A stretch of 64,000 nucleotides of DNA from an uncultured Desulfobacterales bacterium (GTDB lineage: Bacteria > Desulfobacterota > Dissulfuribacteria > Dissulfuribacterales > QOAL01). The DNA lies in contig CAZNKP010000028.1 in assembly GCA_964573805.1 (NCBI GenBank), positions 17,791 to 81,790 on the forward strand. The letters run 5' to 3'. Shown here in pieces: positions 36,149 to 45,228 of the stretch. The position numbers were made by a program, and so were the translations under genes. The notes beneath the pieces were generated by a model that made no database searches, was not told the origin of the DNA, and was given only the letters and a program-made list of their open reading frames with translations. Position 1 is the first letter of the stretch. Each line of letters begins with the position of its first letter.

Positions 36149-37567
36149 TTAACACCTGGGTAGGGTCATTACACAGGTGGTCCCCCCTATCCGATTGGAT
36201 GTCAGAAATAAAGAACCACCATGAAGCTCTATTATCTTTTTGGCCTTTGATAACCCTAGCCCCATGGCATTGAATTTAGTGGTAAAAAAAGGATTATCTG
36301 CCTTTTTAAAATGTCCACGAGCAATCCCCAAGCCACTGTCTGAAATACGGATCTCAATATCTGCACCCTTTTTGGATATGGCCAACACAATAATTCCACC
36401 ATCAGGCATTGCCTCTATAGAATTTTTCAACACGCACAAAATAGCCTCTTGCAACTTTTCTCTATCTCCAATAACTATTACAGGGTTCTTTGGATAATTC
36501 TTATGCAAAACTATTCCAGCGTCTTCCAAATCGCCTTGAATAATCACTGTTATAGTTTCGACCAGAGATATCAGCTCCAACTCATAACGCACTATGGCCT
36601 TAATTTCATGAAGCTCAGCCACTGTTGCCAAGGTCTTTTCTATCTTCTCGACCTCCTTTATGACAGTGGCAAGGTAATGCCTAGCAGTACTATCGTCTTG
36701 CCTTTTTTCTAACAACCGGGCTATACCTCCAATGGCTGCAAGAGGATTTCTTAATTCATGAAGTAGATGATCCAACATCCTGCCGATGGCAGAATATTTT
36801 TCTATCTCTATTAAAAGATTCTTTTGGGTCTCCACCGCCCTTTTTGCTCTTTTTAACCTGGACACCTTGTCCTCGAGATTCTGACACATGTTCCTTTGAC
36901 AAATAGCAAGAGACCCGATACCAGCAAACAGATGAAGACAATAAAGGGTTTCCTCCGTTACCGGGGCCTTGGTAAAAATATTGTCTGCTACAACGATGCC
37001 ATACTCTTTGCCGTGAGTATTCAATGGGGCCACTGCCAACTCACCACTGCCAAAAAGCCTGCATAATTCCTGGGAGTAAATGGCACCTACCCTTGGAGAA
37101 TCCGTTATCAGGTAGGCCCTATTTTCCTTTAATGCCTTTATAAAACAATTTTCTGACCGAGATAAAGGAATCCGAATGGTTCTTACAAAACGGTTAAGGG
37201 GCTGACCATCGTCAGACAATTGATCACGCACCTTCTCGAGTATTTGAAAGAGGTTGAGCCTTTCAGTGGATATACTGTTCCAGATCCTCCCTGCCTCTTT
37301 CAGATCTTGGGGACCAAGACCAAAGCGACCACACAAACTATCAGTGGCTTCATCTACAAGGAACAAAAAGGCCCTATTGAAACCTAAGCCTTCGCCAGCA
37401 GTTGCGCCAACAAGGATCGCATAAAATATTTCTTCAAGTTCTTGAGCAGTTACAAAGGCAGAATTAAGCTTAGCAATGAAATCAAGCAAGAGTTTAAGGG
37501 GGTGCTTCCTGCCAGTTCCGGCAACACCATCTTTTGCGGTTTTTGATGAAATGTTCAAATCTTGCAT
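36149..37567 (-). CDS. Cytoplasmic sensor histidine kinase with N-terminal GAF domain
   Basis: GAF-like region (GFNRAFLFLVD...), H-box HELRNPLAAIGG, and HATPase N/G boxes (LKNSIEAM, DSGLGI, GLGLSKAKKIIELHGG). No adjacent response regulator. Confidence 0.85.
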   Translation of the reverse strand: MQDLNISSKTAKDGVAGTGRKHPLKLLLDFIAKLNSAFVTAQELEEIFYAILVGATAGEGLGFNRAFLFLVDEATDSLCGRFGLGPQDLKEAGRIWNSISTERLNLFQILEKVRDQLSDDGQPLNRFVRTIRIPLSRSENCFIKALKENRAYLITDSPRVGAIYSQELCRLFGSGELAVAPLNTHGKEYGIVVADNIFTKAPVTEETLYCLHLFAGIGSLAICQRNMCQNLEDKVSRLKRAKRAVETQKNLLIEIEKYSAIGRMLDHLLHELRNPLAAIGGIARLLEKRQDDSTARHYLATVIKEVEKIEKTLATVAELHEIKAIVRYELELISLVETITVIIQGDLEDAGIVLHKNYPKNPVIVIGDREKLQEAILCVLKNSIEAMPDGGIIVLAISKKGADIEIRISDSGLGIARGHFKKADNPFFTTKFNAMGLGLSKAKKIIELHGGSLFLTSNRIGGTTCVMTLPRC

Positions 37568-37596
37568 AATATTTGAGTGCTATTTCACTTAACCAC

Positions 37597-37623
37597 TTGA
37601 CACATTCTAAAGCTTCGTATACT
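37597..37623 (+). promoter_or_regulatory. Candidate strong promoter of the 68-aa secreted protein gene
   Basis: TTGACA (37597-37602), a 15-nt spacer, then TATACT (37618-37623). Confidence 0.45.
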
Positions 37624-37684
37624 AAAACAGTACTGTAGTTCTGTCACTAAAACATTTCAACAACAGGAAAAAGGAGGAAGTCTC

Positions 37685-37891
37685 ATGCGTAAAAAGATTA
37701 CATCCCTGGTTTTGGCACTCTTCTTTACAGCGGGTCTGTCAGGTGTAAGCCTTGCTGCCAAGTGTAAAGGTGAAGTGGTGAAAAACGAAAATGGAGAGCT
37801 GGTAATAAAGCTCAAAGACGAATGCAAGGCAAAAGCAGGAGATTCTGTTAAGATCAAGGTCAAGAGCGCTGCCAAGGTTGAAGGCTGCTAA
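37685..37891 (+). CDS. Small secreted Lys/Cys-rich protein (signal peptide plus about 43-aa mature part)
   Basis: MRKKITSLVLALFFTAGLSGVSLAA signal followed by KCKGEVVKNENGELVIKLKDECKAKAGDSVKIKVKSAAKVEGC. AAAAGGAGGA SD. A terminator follows. Confidence 0.75.
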   Translation: MRKKITSLVLALFFTAGLSGVSLAAKCKGEVVKNENGELVIKLKDECKAKAGDSVKIKVKSAAKVEGC

Positions 37892-37924
37892 TTAGGACCA
37901 AGACCTATAAGGGATTTAAAAGTT

Positions 37925-37950
37925 AGGGCTCTGCACAAGAGCCCTTTTTT
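37925..37950. terminator. Bidirectional terminator between the secreted mini-protein gene and the minus-strand mini-ORF
   Basis: AGGGCTCT gcaca AGAGCCCT followed by TTTTTT on plus. The minus-strand side is followed by AACTTTTAAA. Confidence 0.8.
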
Positions 37951-37954
37951 CATT

Positions 37955-38160
37955 TTATATTCTATCAACCCTGGTATAGGCCAACATGTTTGCCAGCTCG
38001 TCGCTCATTTCATTCGCATATTCCCCAATAGAAAACAGCTTTCCGCAGCCTTGACACCTCAAGGCAACAGACCTTCACCTTCTGCATATCTCGAGTGGGC
38101 TGCCACATACTCTACATTCTAGATCAACCGCCTGGTTATTTTCCCTTTGAAAATAAAACA
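37955..38160 (-). CDS. Second candidate small selenoprotein (paralog of 9430-9600), in-frame TGA 38075-38077, N-terminal part in a different frame
   Basis: From ATG 38107: MWRPLEICRR-TGA-RSVALRCQGCGKLFSIGEYANEMSDELANMLAYTRVDRI-TAA. The upstream frame from GTG 38160 reads MFYFQRENNQAVDLECRVCGA and joins after a -1 shift in the CCC run (38097-38099). The joined product aligns column for column with the 9430 ORF. Confidence 0.4.
38043..38070 (-). promoter_or_regulatory. SECIS-like hairpin downstream of TGA 38075-38077
   Basis: Minus strand reads CUGUU GCCUUGA GGUG UCAAGGC UGCGG. This gives a 7-bp perfect upper stem, loop GGUG starting 16 nt after the UGA, and a lower stem of 4 more pairs across one U-U mismatch. 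Confidence 0.45.
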
Positions 38161-38174
38161 CTTGCCCCCCTTAA

Positions 38175-39119
38175 TCAAATTGAAAAAGCATTTTTTATAC
38201 TATCTATATCAGCCTTGGTCTCTACGCTGAAAACTTGATAGTCATCTGCATCGATAGACTTTTTAATCAGATTAGAAAGTACCTTTTTCGGTCCTGCTTC
38301 AATAAAGATCCTCACCCCATCCCTGTACATATTATTCGCAATTTCGTACCACCTTACTGGCATACACATCTGCTGGGAAAGCAAACGTACTATCATAGCC
38401 GGATCCTCTTCAGGATTTGCACTTACATTACTATAGATGGGGATTGAAGGTCTTCCAAAGCTTACAGAAGAAAGTACTCTTGCAAACTCCTTTGCAGCTC
38501 CCTCCATCAAGGGACTATGATAAGCCCCAGAGACCCTTAGCATTATTGCCCTCTTTCCTAACGTCTTTACCTTTTCACACAAGCTTTTGACTAACGCCTT
38601 TTCGCCAGTTACTACTATCTGCTCTTTGGAGTTGTGATTTGCCATTGCCAAAACGCCCTTATGCTGTGAAAGCACACCATCAATAATCTCTTTCAATTCC
38701 TGTGCTTCAAGGCCAATGATAGCAGCCATAGAACCTGGTCTTCTCTGCGCAGCCGCTTCCATTACCCTGCCTCTCTCTTTGACAAGTCTCAAGCAATCTC
38801 TAAAATCAACAGCTCCGCATGCCCAAAGGGCTGGATATTCACCAAGGCTGTGACCAGCTACTGCATCAGGTTGTATCCCTTCTTCCATCAAGGCCTTGGC
38901 ACATATGATATCGATGGCTGTCAGACATGGCTGTAAATTTGCGGTCCTCGTAAGATCTTCCAAAGGGCCCTTAACACACAACTTCCTTATATCTATTCCA
39001 CACACATCCTCTGCCTTTTGTAACATAGGACTGGCAAACTCGTAGGCCTTCAAAAGATCAACGCCCATACCCACATATTGGGAACCTTGTCCGGGGAAAA
39101 GGAAGGCTATCTTGGACAT
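38175..39119 (-). CDS. fabD: Malonyl-CoA:ACP transacylase
   Basis: FPGQGSQYVGMG and active-site GHSLGEY. 314 aa. Confidence 0.93.
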   Translation of the reverse strand: MSKIAFLFPGQGSQYVGMGVDLLKAYEFASPMLQKAEDVCGIDIRKLCVKGPLEDLTRTANLQPCLTAIDIICAKALMEEGIQPDAVAGHSLGEYPALWACGAVDFRDCLRLVKERGRVMEAAAQRRPGSMAAIIGLEAQELKEIIDGVLSQHKGVLAMANHNSKEQIVVTGEKALVKSLCEKVKTLGKRAIMLRVSGAYHSPLMEGAAKEFARVLSSVSFGRPSIPIYSNVSANPEEDPAMIVRLLSQQMCMPVRWYEIANNMYRDGVRIFIEAGPKKVLSNLIKKSIDADDYQVFSVETKADIDSIKNAFSI

Positions 39120-39571
39120 TATTCCTCTACCTCCAGAATATCCTCATCCTCCTCATCCAAGATCTCTTCGTCCTTAATCTTCAGCTCTTCAACATATTGC
39201 TCGTAATCTTCCGGACTCATCAAATCATCCAGTTCTTCTGGCTGAACTATCTCCAACACCATTATCCATCCATCGTCATAGGGATCGTCATTTATGGCCT
39301 CTGGGGCATCCATAAGCATCTCATTTACCGTAAGAACCCGACCAGAAATAGGACAAAGGAGCTCTGTCACTTCGCCTATGGAGTTTTCCACTGTTGCAAA
39401 CACATCAGTCTCTACAAACTCGTCTCCAGGACTTGGCAGATCAATAGATCCCACGATCCCAATACGCTCCTGGCCATAATCAGTTATCCCTATTACGGCC
39501 TTTTCACTACTATCATCAGGTTTAACCCACATATGTTCCTCAGTGTAAAGGAGATCCTCAAGGATGATCAT
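39119..39571 (-). CDS. Glycine-cleavage H-fold protein lacking the lipoyl-lysine, with acidic C-terminal tail
   Basis: GcvH-like YTEEHMWV...GITDYGQE...PISGRVLTVNE...DPYDDGWI. The position of the ESVKA lipoylation motif reads ENSIGE with no Lys. The last 35 aa are Asp/Glu-rich. Confidence 0.7.
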   Translation of the reverse strand: MIILEDLLYTEEHMWVKPDDSSEKAVIGITDYGQERIGIVGSIDLPSPGDEFVETDVFATVENSIGEVTELLCPISGRVLTVNEMLMDAPEAINDDPYDDGWIMVLEIVQPEELDDLMSPEDYEQYVEELKIKDEEILDEEDEDILEVEE

Positions 39572-39598
39572 TGTTTCCTCCTAATAATGATGGACTGT

Positions 39599-40603
39599 CT
39601 ATCCTCCGATGGAAGACATTTGTCTGTCGCAAGATGGAATGTCTTTTTTCTTTGTTAGATATCGTGCTGGCTTTCTTAATATAATATCAGAAAAAAAACG
39701 CGACAGTTGATTATCTGAAATACCTTTACGCAACAAATCCCTAAGCCCGAATTCTAGATCCGAGAAAAGACACAAACGCACCCTACCGTCTGCCGTCACT
39801 CTCAACCTGTTACAACTAGAACAGAAACGGTGACTCAAGGGGCTTATAAAACCCACTTTTCCTATCCCCTCCTGCAACAAATACATATCTGCTGGGCCAG
39901 CATCGTCTTTACGTTTAATGGGTATAAGTTTGCCAAACTCTCTTTCAATCAAGGACCTTGCCTCATCCGAAGGCAGAAAATACTGTCTTCCCCACTTGGA
40001 TTTCTTTCCGATAGGCATGAATTCTATAAATCTCACCTCAAGATTATAGTGCTGGGCAAGCCGAGCAAAATCTACTACTTCATCGTCATTTTTACCGCGC
40101 ATCATTACAAAATTAATCTTAACAGGGAAGAAACCAAGTTCTAGACTCTTTTCTATACCACTCCATACCTGATAAAAAAAATCTCTTCCTGTTATCTGCT
40201 CAAATCTCTTGGCATGCAAGGTATCGAGGCTAACGTTGAGATGACGTAAACCAGCATTAAATAGATCAGAGGCCATTGATTTTAACAAGACGCCATTGGT
40301 GGTAAGACAAGTCTCTTTTATTCCGTCAAGCTGGTTTACATCTGCTATAAGCTTGACCACATCCTTTCTTACAAGCGGTTCGCCACCAGTAAAACGGACC
40401 TTCTTTACACCAAGGTCTGCAAGCACCCTTGTAAGCTGCACTATCTCCTCAAAACGTAAAATTTGTCCTGGTGGCATCCATTTGAAACCGGCTTGAGGCA
40501 TACAATAGAAACATCTAAGATTACATCTATCAGTTATTGATAAACGCAGGTACGTAATAACGCGGCCAAAAGAATCCCTAAGCATATTCCCCATATGTTT
40601 CAT
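39599..40603 (-). CDS. moaA: GTP 3',8-cyclase (molybdenum cofactor biosynthesis, radical SAM)
   Basis: CNLRCFYCMP cluster and a C-terminal CSSCNRLRVTADG second cluster. 334 aa. Confidence 0.93.
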   Translation of the reverse strand: MKHMGNMLRDSFGRVITYLRLSITDRCNLRCFYCMPQAGFKWMPPGQILRFEEIVQLTRVLADLGVKKVRFTGGEPLVRKDVVKLIADVNQLDGIKETCLTTNGVLLKSMASDLFNAGLRHLNVSLDTLHAKRFEQITGRDFFYQVWSGIEKSLELGFFPVKINFVMMRGKNDDEVVDFARLAQHYNLEVRFIEFMPIGKKSKWGRQYFLPSDEARSLIEREFGKLIPIKRKDDAGPADMYLLQEGIGKVGFISPLSHRFCSSCNRLRVTADGRVRLCLFSDLEFGLRDLLRKGISDNQLSRFFSDIILRKPARYLTKKKDIPSCDRQMSSIGG

Positions 40604-40611
40604 AGTTATCC

Positions 40612-41886
40612 TTATAAACGACCATCTTGCACTTTTACACGTCTTATGCGAGCTCCAACCTGCGCAAGCTTTTTATCCATCCTTTCATATCCCCTATCCA
40701 AATGATGAAGCCCCTGCACCAAAGTGGTGCCCTTTGCAGCAAGACCTGCGAGCACAAGACATGCACTGGCCCTAAGATCAGTGGCCATTACTGGCGCTCC
40801 GTTTAGATGTTTTACCCCCCTGACTATTGCGCTTCTCCCTTCAACCCTTATATCTGCGCCAAGTCTTTTTAGCTCCGCCACGTGCATGAATCTATTCTCA
40901 AAAATGGTCTCAGTAATAACACTAAGTCTTCCCGCAATCGCCATAAGAACCATTATCTGAGCCTGCAGATCTGTAGGAAAACCTGGATATGGCTGGGTTT
41001 TTACATCGATACTGTTAAGCTTGCCCCTTTTCTTTACTTTTATTTTATCTTTGTCAACAATCTTGAGCCTAAGACCAGCTGCTTTCAATTTCAACAGTAC
41101 AGTATCAAGATGCTCAGGCACACAGTTTTCTATAACAAGTTCTCCGCCTGCAGCACCAGCTGCCATCAAATAGGTGCCGGCCTCTATTCGGTCTGGAATT
41201 ATTGTGCAAGAAACCGGCTGTAAGTGACGAGTGCCATGAATAATTACAGTATCTGTACCAAGACCCTTGATGTCTGCGCCCATCTCCTTGAGCATTTTGC
41301 CAAGAGCAACCACCTCTGGCTCTTTTGCAGCGTTTTCCAATACCGTCTTACCTTTTGCAAGACATGCAGCCATCATAAGATTTTCAGTACCAGTGACAGA
41401 GGGGATGTCAAAGTAGATTTGGGCTCCCTTGAGCCGCCTTGCCCTAGCCTCGACAAAACCCTCCTTGATTTCTAGCTTGGCGCCCATGAGCTCCAATCCT
41501 TTCAGATGGAAATCAATAGGCCTAGCTCCAATAGCACAACCCCCTGGCAAAGAGACCCTTGCCCTGCCAAGTCTAGCGACCAAAGGGCCAAGCACCAACA
41601 CAGACGCCCTCATTTTTCTAACCAACTCGTAAGGCGCCTCGTAACTGTCTAGCTTGGAGGAATCGACTAAAAGAGAACCATTTTCCAAACCCTTTGCATC
41701 AACTCCAAGCTCTTGTAATAATTCGAGAAAAATCTTTACATCTTCTAACCTTGGGACCTCGTTGAGACAAAAGGCCCCTTCTGCAAGAAGAGTGGCAGAC
41801 AAGATGGGCAGGGCGGCGTTTTTGGCTCCGCTAATTCTAATAGTTCCGGATAGGGTGCGGCCCCCTTTTATCTCTAAACAGTCCAT
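40612..41886 (-). CDS. murA: UDP-N-acetylglucosamine 1-carboxyvinyltransferase
   Basis: [10 protein letters not shown] and the catalytic loop [13 protein letters not shown]. 424 aa. Confidence 0.95.
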   Translation of the reverse strand: MDCLEIKGGRTLSGTIRISGAKNAALPILSATLLAEGAFCLNEVPRLEDVKIFLELLQELGVDAKGLENGSLLVDSSKLDSYEAPYELVRKMRASVLVLGPLVARLGRARVSLPGGCAIGARPIDFHLKGLELMGAKLEIKEGFVEARARRLKGAQIYFDIPSVTGTENLMMAACLAKGKTVLENAAKEPEVVALGKMLKEMGADIKGLGTDTVIIHGTRHLQPVSCTIIPDRIEAGTYLMAAGAAGGELVIENCVPEHLDTVLLKLKAAGLRLKIVDKDKIKVKKRGKLNSIDVKTQPYPGFPTDLQAQIMVLMAIAGRLSVITETIFENRFMHVAELKRLGADIRVEGRSAIVRGVKHLNGAPVMATDLRASACLVLAGLAAKGTTLVQGLHHLDRGYERMDKKLAQVGARIRRVKVQDGRL

Positions 41887-41926
41887 TGCATTTCAAAACT
41901 TAGGCCGCTGACAATAACCTAAACCT

Positions 41927-44500
41927 CTACCTTGGTGCCTTCCCCTTATGCCACATATAAACAATCGGGCTTGCCACAAACACCGAGGAATACGTCCCAA
42001 CTATGATTCCAAGCACTAGGGCAAAGGCAAAGTCGTGTATGACAACACCGCCGAAAAAATAAAGGGATAACACTACAATCAAGGTAGTGAGAGAAGTAAT
42101 GATGGTTCGACTCAACATCTCGTTTACACTTTTATTTATTACTTCAGCAAAGGATAGCTTCCGATATCTCTTCATATTCTCCCTAATCCTGTCAAATACC
42201 ACCACAGTATCTGTAAGAGAGTAACCAGCCAAGGTCAGAAGGGCCGTGACAATCAAGAGATTTATCTCCTTATTGAGGATATAGAAGATCCCAAGCACTG
42301 CCAATACATCATGGAACGTGGCGATAGCAGCGGCCACACCAAAACTGATATTAAACCTAAACGCCAAGTATCCAATAATACCTGCCAAAGAAATTAAAAT
42401 GGCAATTATTGCCTTTCTTCTAAGCTCCTTGCTTACTGTAGATCCTATTTCTGTTTTGCTTTCTATAGTGAACTTATAACCAGAAAGCCCTTGCTCCAAG
42501 GCAGAAGTAATCTTCTCTTCAATGTCTCCTACCGTAGCCACTGACTTTTTAACCCTAACAATTAGGATGTGTTCTTTGGGAACCTCTTGAAGGGCATAAC
42601 CCTTTACGCCCGCTGTTGACAGGGCCTTTCTCACATCTTCTAATTTGAATGGCTTATCCGCCTTATACTGGACCATAGTGCCACCAGCAAAATCTACACC
42701 GAGGTTGGCTGTTCCACGATTTATTTGGACAAAGGCAACAAGACCAGTAATCACCAAAACGGCAGAAATGGCGAGAGAAATGTTCCTCTTTCCAATAAAA
42801 TCGATGTTGGTTTTGCCAACTATTTGCATAAAAGACAGATCCTTGATGGCGTTCTTATAAAGAAGCCATTGATAGACCCATCTGGTAGCATAAATAGCTG
42901 TAAAAAGGTTTATTATAATACCTGCAGAAAGTGTTACAGCGAAACCCTTAATGGGTCCTGTGCCAAACAAGAAAAGGGCAAGGGCTGTTATTAATGTGGT
43001 CACATGGGCATCAACAATGGTCCAGAAGGCCTTGTCATAGCCTCCATCGATAAAGGCCTTTAATGGTTTGCCAAGGGCCTTTTCTTCACGCATTCGTTCA
43101 AATATCAGAACATTGGAATCCACCCCCATACCAATGGTTAGGATGATACCAGCAATACCTGGAAGGGTTAGGGTAGCCTGAAAAAGGGCTAATACAGCCA
43201 TCAGAAATACTAAATTTAAAATTACTGCCACATCGGCAATAAAACCCGACAGCCGGTAATATATCACCATGAAAATCATGACAAATATTGCACCGGCTAT
43301 ACCTGATATCAGGCCCTTTTGAATAGAATCCCGCCCCAAAGAAGGACCCACTGTGACATTTTGAATTATCTTGACCGGAGCCGGAAGCGCACCCGCCCTT
43401 AACACAATAGCAAGATCTGCCGCCTCTTCATGAGTAAAAGAACCTGAGATCTGGGCATGGCCTCCTCCGATCTTTTCACGGATTACAGGTGCTGAACGCA
43501 CCACGCCATCTAAGACTATCGCAAGACGTTTGCCTACGTTTTCGCCCGTAATTTTTTCAAAAATTCTTGCCCCCCTGTCCGTAAGCTCAAGGGCTACATA
43601 TGGTTCATTATAGGTCCCACCTATCCTAACATGGGCTGTTTTTACAGCATCCCCTGTCATTAAAGTCTTATCTTTTAGAAGAATGGGTACATTTCTTACC
43701 GTACCGGTACGGGAATCTACCTGTTTCATAATGTAGATCTTATCTCCCCTGGGGATCTGTCCCTTTAACACAGCATTTAATTGTTTGGCATTATAATTAC
43801 GCGGAAGCCTACCGTCGTTTATGGCTTTTGTAATCAGGCTGCCAAGATCTACATTGGCATCATCGTCAACCAGCTTAAATTCCAATTGGGCAGTTTGACC
43901 AATTAACTTTATTGCCCTCTTGGGATCTTTTACGCCAGGAAGCTGGACAACTATTTCGTCTTCTCCTTGACGCACAATAACCGGCTCTGTAACCCCAAAC
44001 TGGTCTATTCTGTTCCTTATTATTTCCAGAGACTGCTCCACCGCATGCTCCCTAATGAATTGTTCTTCCTTTGGAGACAGGGCAAGAGCAATGGTGGGGA
44101 ACCTAGATTGATCATCAATGCTTTTTATAATCAAATTCGGGAAATCCTGTTGGATTACCTCTTTTATCTTTTGGAGGGAACTCTTATTTGGAACCGCGAT
44201 AAGGATCTCATCTGGATTCTGGCTCTTCCTTCTTACAATAGTAATACCCTGGCGCTTCAATGCATCCTTTAAATCCTGGGCTGCCAACTGGGCAGCATTT
44301 CTGACCGCCTGATCCACATCAACCTTAAGAATAAGATGCATACCGCCTTGAAGATCTAAACCGAGTTTAAGACCTTCCTGATAAACGTATTTCTTGAACC
44401 ACTGGGGAGTATTTGGATAAAAAGACGGAAGCACAAGAACAACTGAGCTTACCAACAGAAATGCAAGAAGAGCAAACTTCCACTTTAGGGCCTTAGGCAT
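41927..44500 (-). CDS. secDF: Fused protein-export membrane protein SecD/SecF
   Basis: 857 aa. SecD periplasmic domain plus 6 TM helices, followed by a SecF domain plus 6 TM helices (two GxDSNVLIFERxRE-like motifs). Confidence 0.92.
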   Translation of the reverse strand: MPKALKWKFALLAFLLVSSVVLVLPSFYPNTPQWFKKYVYQEGLKLGLDLQGGMHLILKVDVDQAVRNAAQLAAQDLKDALKRQGITIVRRKSQNPDEILIAVPNKSSLQKIKEVIQQDFPNLIIKSIDDQSRFPTIALALSPKEEQFIREHAVEQSLEIIRNRIDQFGVTEPVIVRQGEDEIVVQLPGVKDPKRAIKLIGQTAQLEFKLVDDDANVDLGSLITKAINDGRLPRNYNAKQLNAVLKGQIPRGDKIYIMKQVDSRTGTVRNVPILLKDKTLMTGDAVKTAHVRIGGTYNEPYVALELTDRGARIFEKITGENVGKRLAIVLDGVVRSAPVIREKIGGGHAQISGSFTHEEAADLAIVLRAGALPAPVKIIQNVTVGPSLGRDSIQKGLISGIAGAIFVMIFMVIYYRLSGFIADVAVILNLVFLMAVLALFQATLTLPGIAGIILTIGMGVDSNVLIFERMREEKALGKPLKAFIDGGYDKAFWTIVDAHVTTLITALALFLFGTGPIKGFAVTLSAGIIINLFTAIYATRWVYQWLLYKNAIKDLSFMQIVGKTNIDFIGKRNISLAISAVLVITGLVAFVQINRGTANLGVDFAGGTMVQYKADKPFKLEDVRKALSTAGVKGYALQEVPKEHILIVRVKKSVATVGDIEEKITSALEQGLSGYKFTIESKTEIGSTVSKELRRKAIIAILISLAGIIGYLAFRFNISFGVAAAIATFHDVLAVLGIFYILNKEINLLIVTALLTLAGYSLTDTVVVFDRIRENMKRYRKLSFAEVINKSVNEMLSRTIITSLTTLIVVLSLYFFGGVVIHDFAFALVLGIIVGTYSSVFVASPIVYMWHKGKAPR

Positions 44501-44684
44501 TGAAATAACTCCTTCTGGTTAATTTACCCTCATGTCTATCTTGTATGGAGAAAAACGAATCCAATAGTCGGATTCCCGAGATTGATCTTTTAGTAAAACA
44601 AGAGACCTTTTGCAAGAAGATTTGTTGTATTGTCGAAGAAACAATCTAAAAGACGCCTCTAAAAACGGTCATTAAATACTCTGA

Positions 44685-45152
44685 TCAGCTCTGAGGCTCT
44701 GCCTTTGAAAGCAGCTCCTTCAATTGCTCCATAAATTCCTTCAAATCTTTAAACTGTTTGTAAACAGAGGCAAATCTTACATAGGCAACATCATCCCATG
44801 CCCTCAACCTTTCCATTACCCTCTCACCGATGGCCTTGGTATGTATCTCCAGTATGCCCTTTTCTTGTATCTCTTTTTCTAATTCATCAACAAAGCGCTC
44901 TATCTCAGTAACACTTATTGGCCGCTTTTCGCAGGCCTTTAGTATACCGTCGATTATCTTTTTCCTTTCAAAGGGCTCGCGTCTACCATCCTTTTTAACA
45001 ACCATCGGCTGGAACTCTTCAATCTGTTCATAAGTTGTAAAACGCTCATAACATTTGAGGCATTCCCTTCTACGCCTAATGGCCCTGCCGTTCCTGGCAG
45101 GTCTAGAATCCACAACCTTTGAGCCTGGATGACCGCAAAATGGACATTTCAT
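44685..45152 (-). CDS. nrdR: Transcriptional repressor NrdR
   Basis: MKCPFCGH...CLKC zinc ribbon plus an ATP-cone. 155 aa. Confidence 0.93.
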   Translation of the reverse strand: MKCPFCGHPGSKVVDSRPARNGRAIRRRRECLKCYERFTTYEQIEEFQPMVVKKDGRREPFERKKIIDGILKACEKRPISVTEIERFVDELEKEIQEKGILEIHTKAIGERVMERLRAWDDVAYVRFASVYKQFKDLKEFMEQLKELLSKAEPQS

Positions 45153-45228
45153 GTCCTTTTTCTAACATCAAGAATGAGATAATGACAAGAAGAAACTGTA
45201 AAATGGTGGTTAGAGTAGCATGAAAAGA

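Noticed and set aside
39572-40611. A Moco riboswitch upstream of moaA, and a preQ1 riboswitch upstream of queD/queE.
   Set aside because: The intergenic spaces are too short to hold them: 8 nt before moaA, 26 nt before queD and 10 nt before queE.
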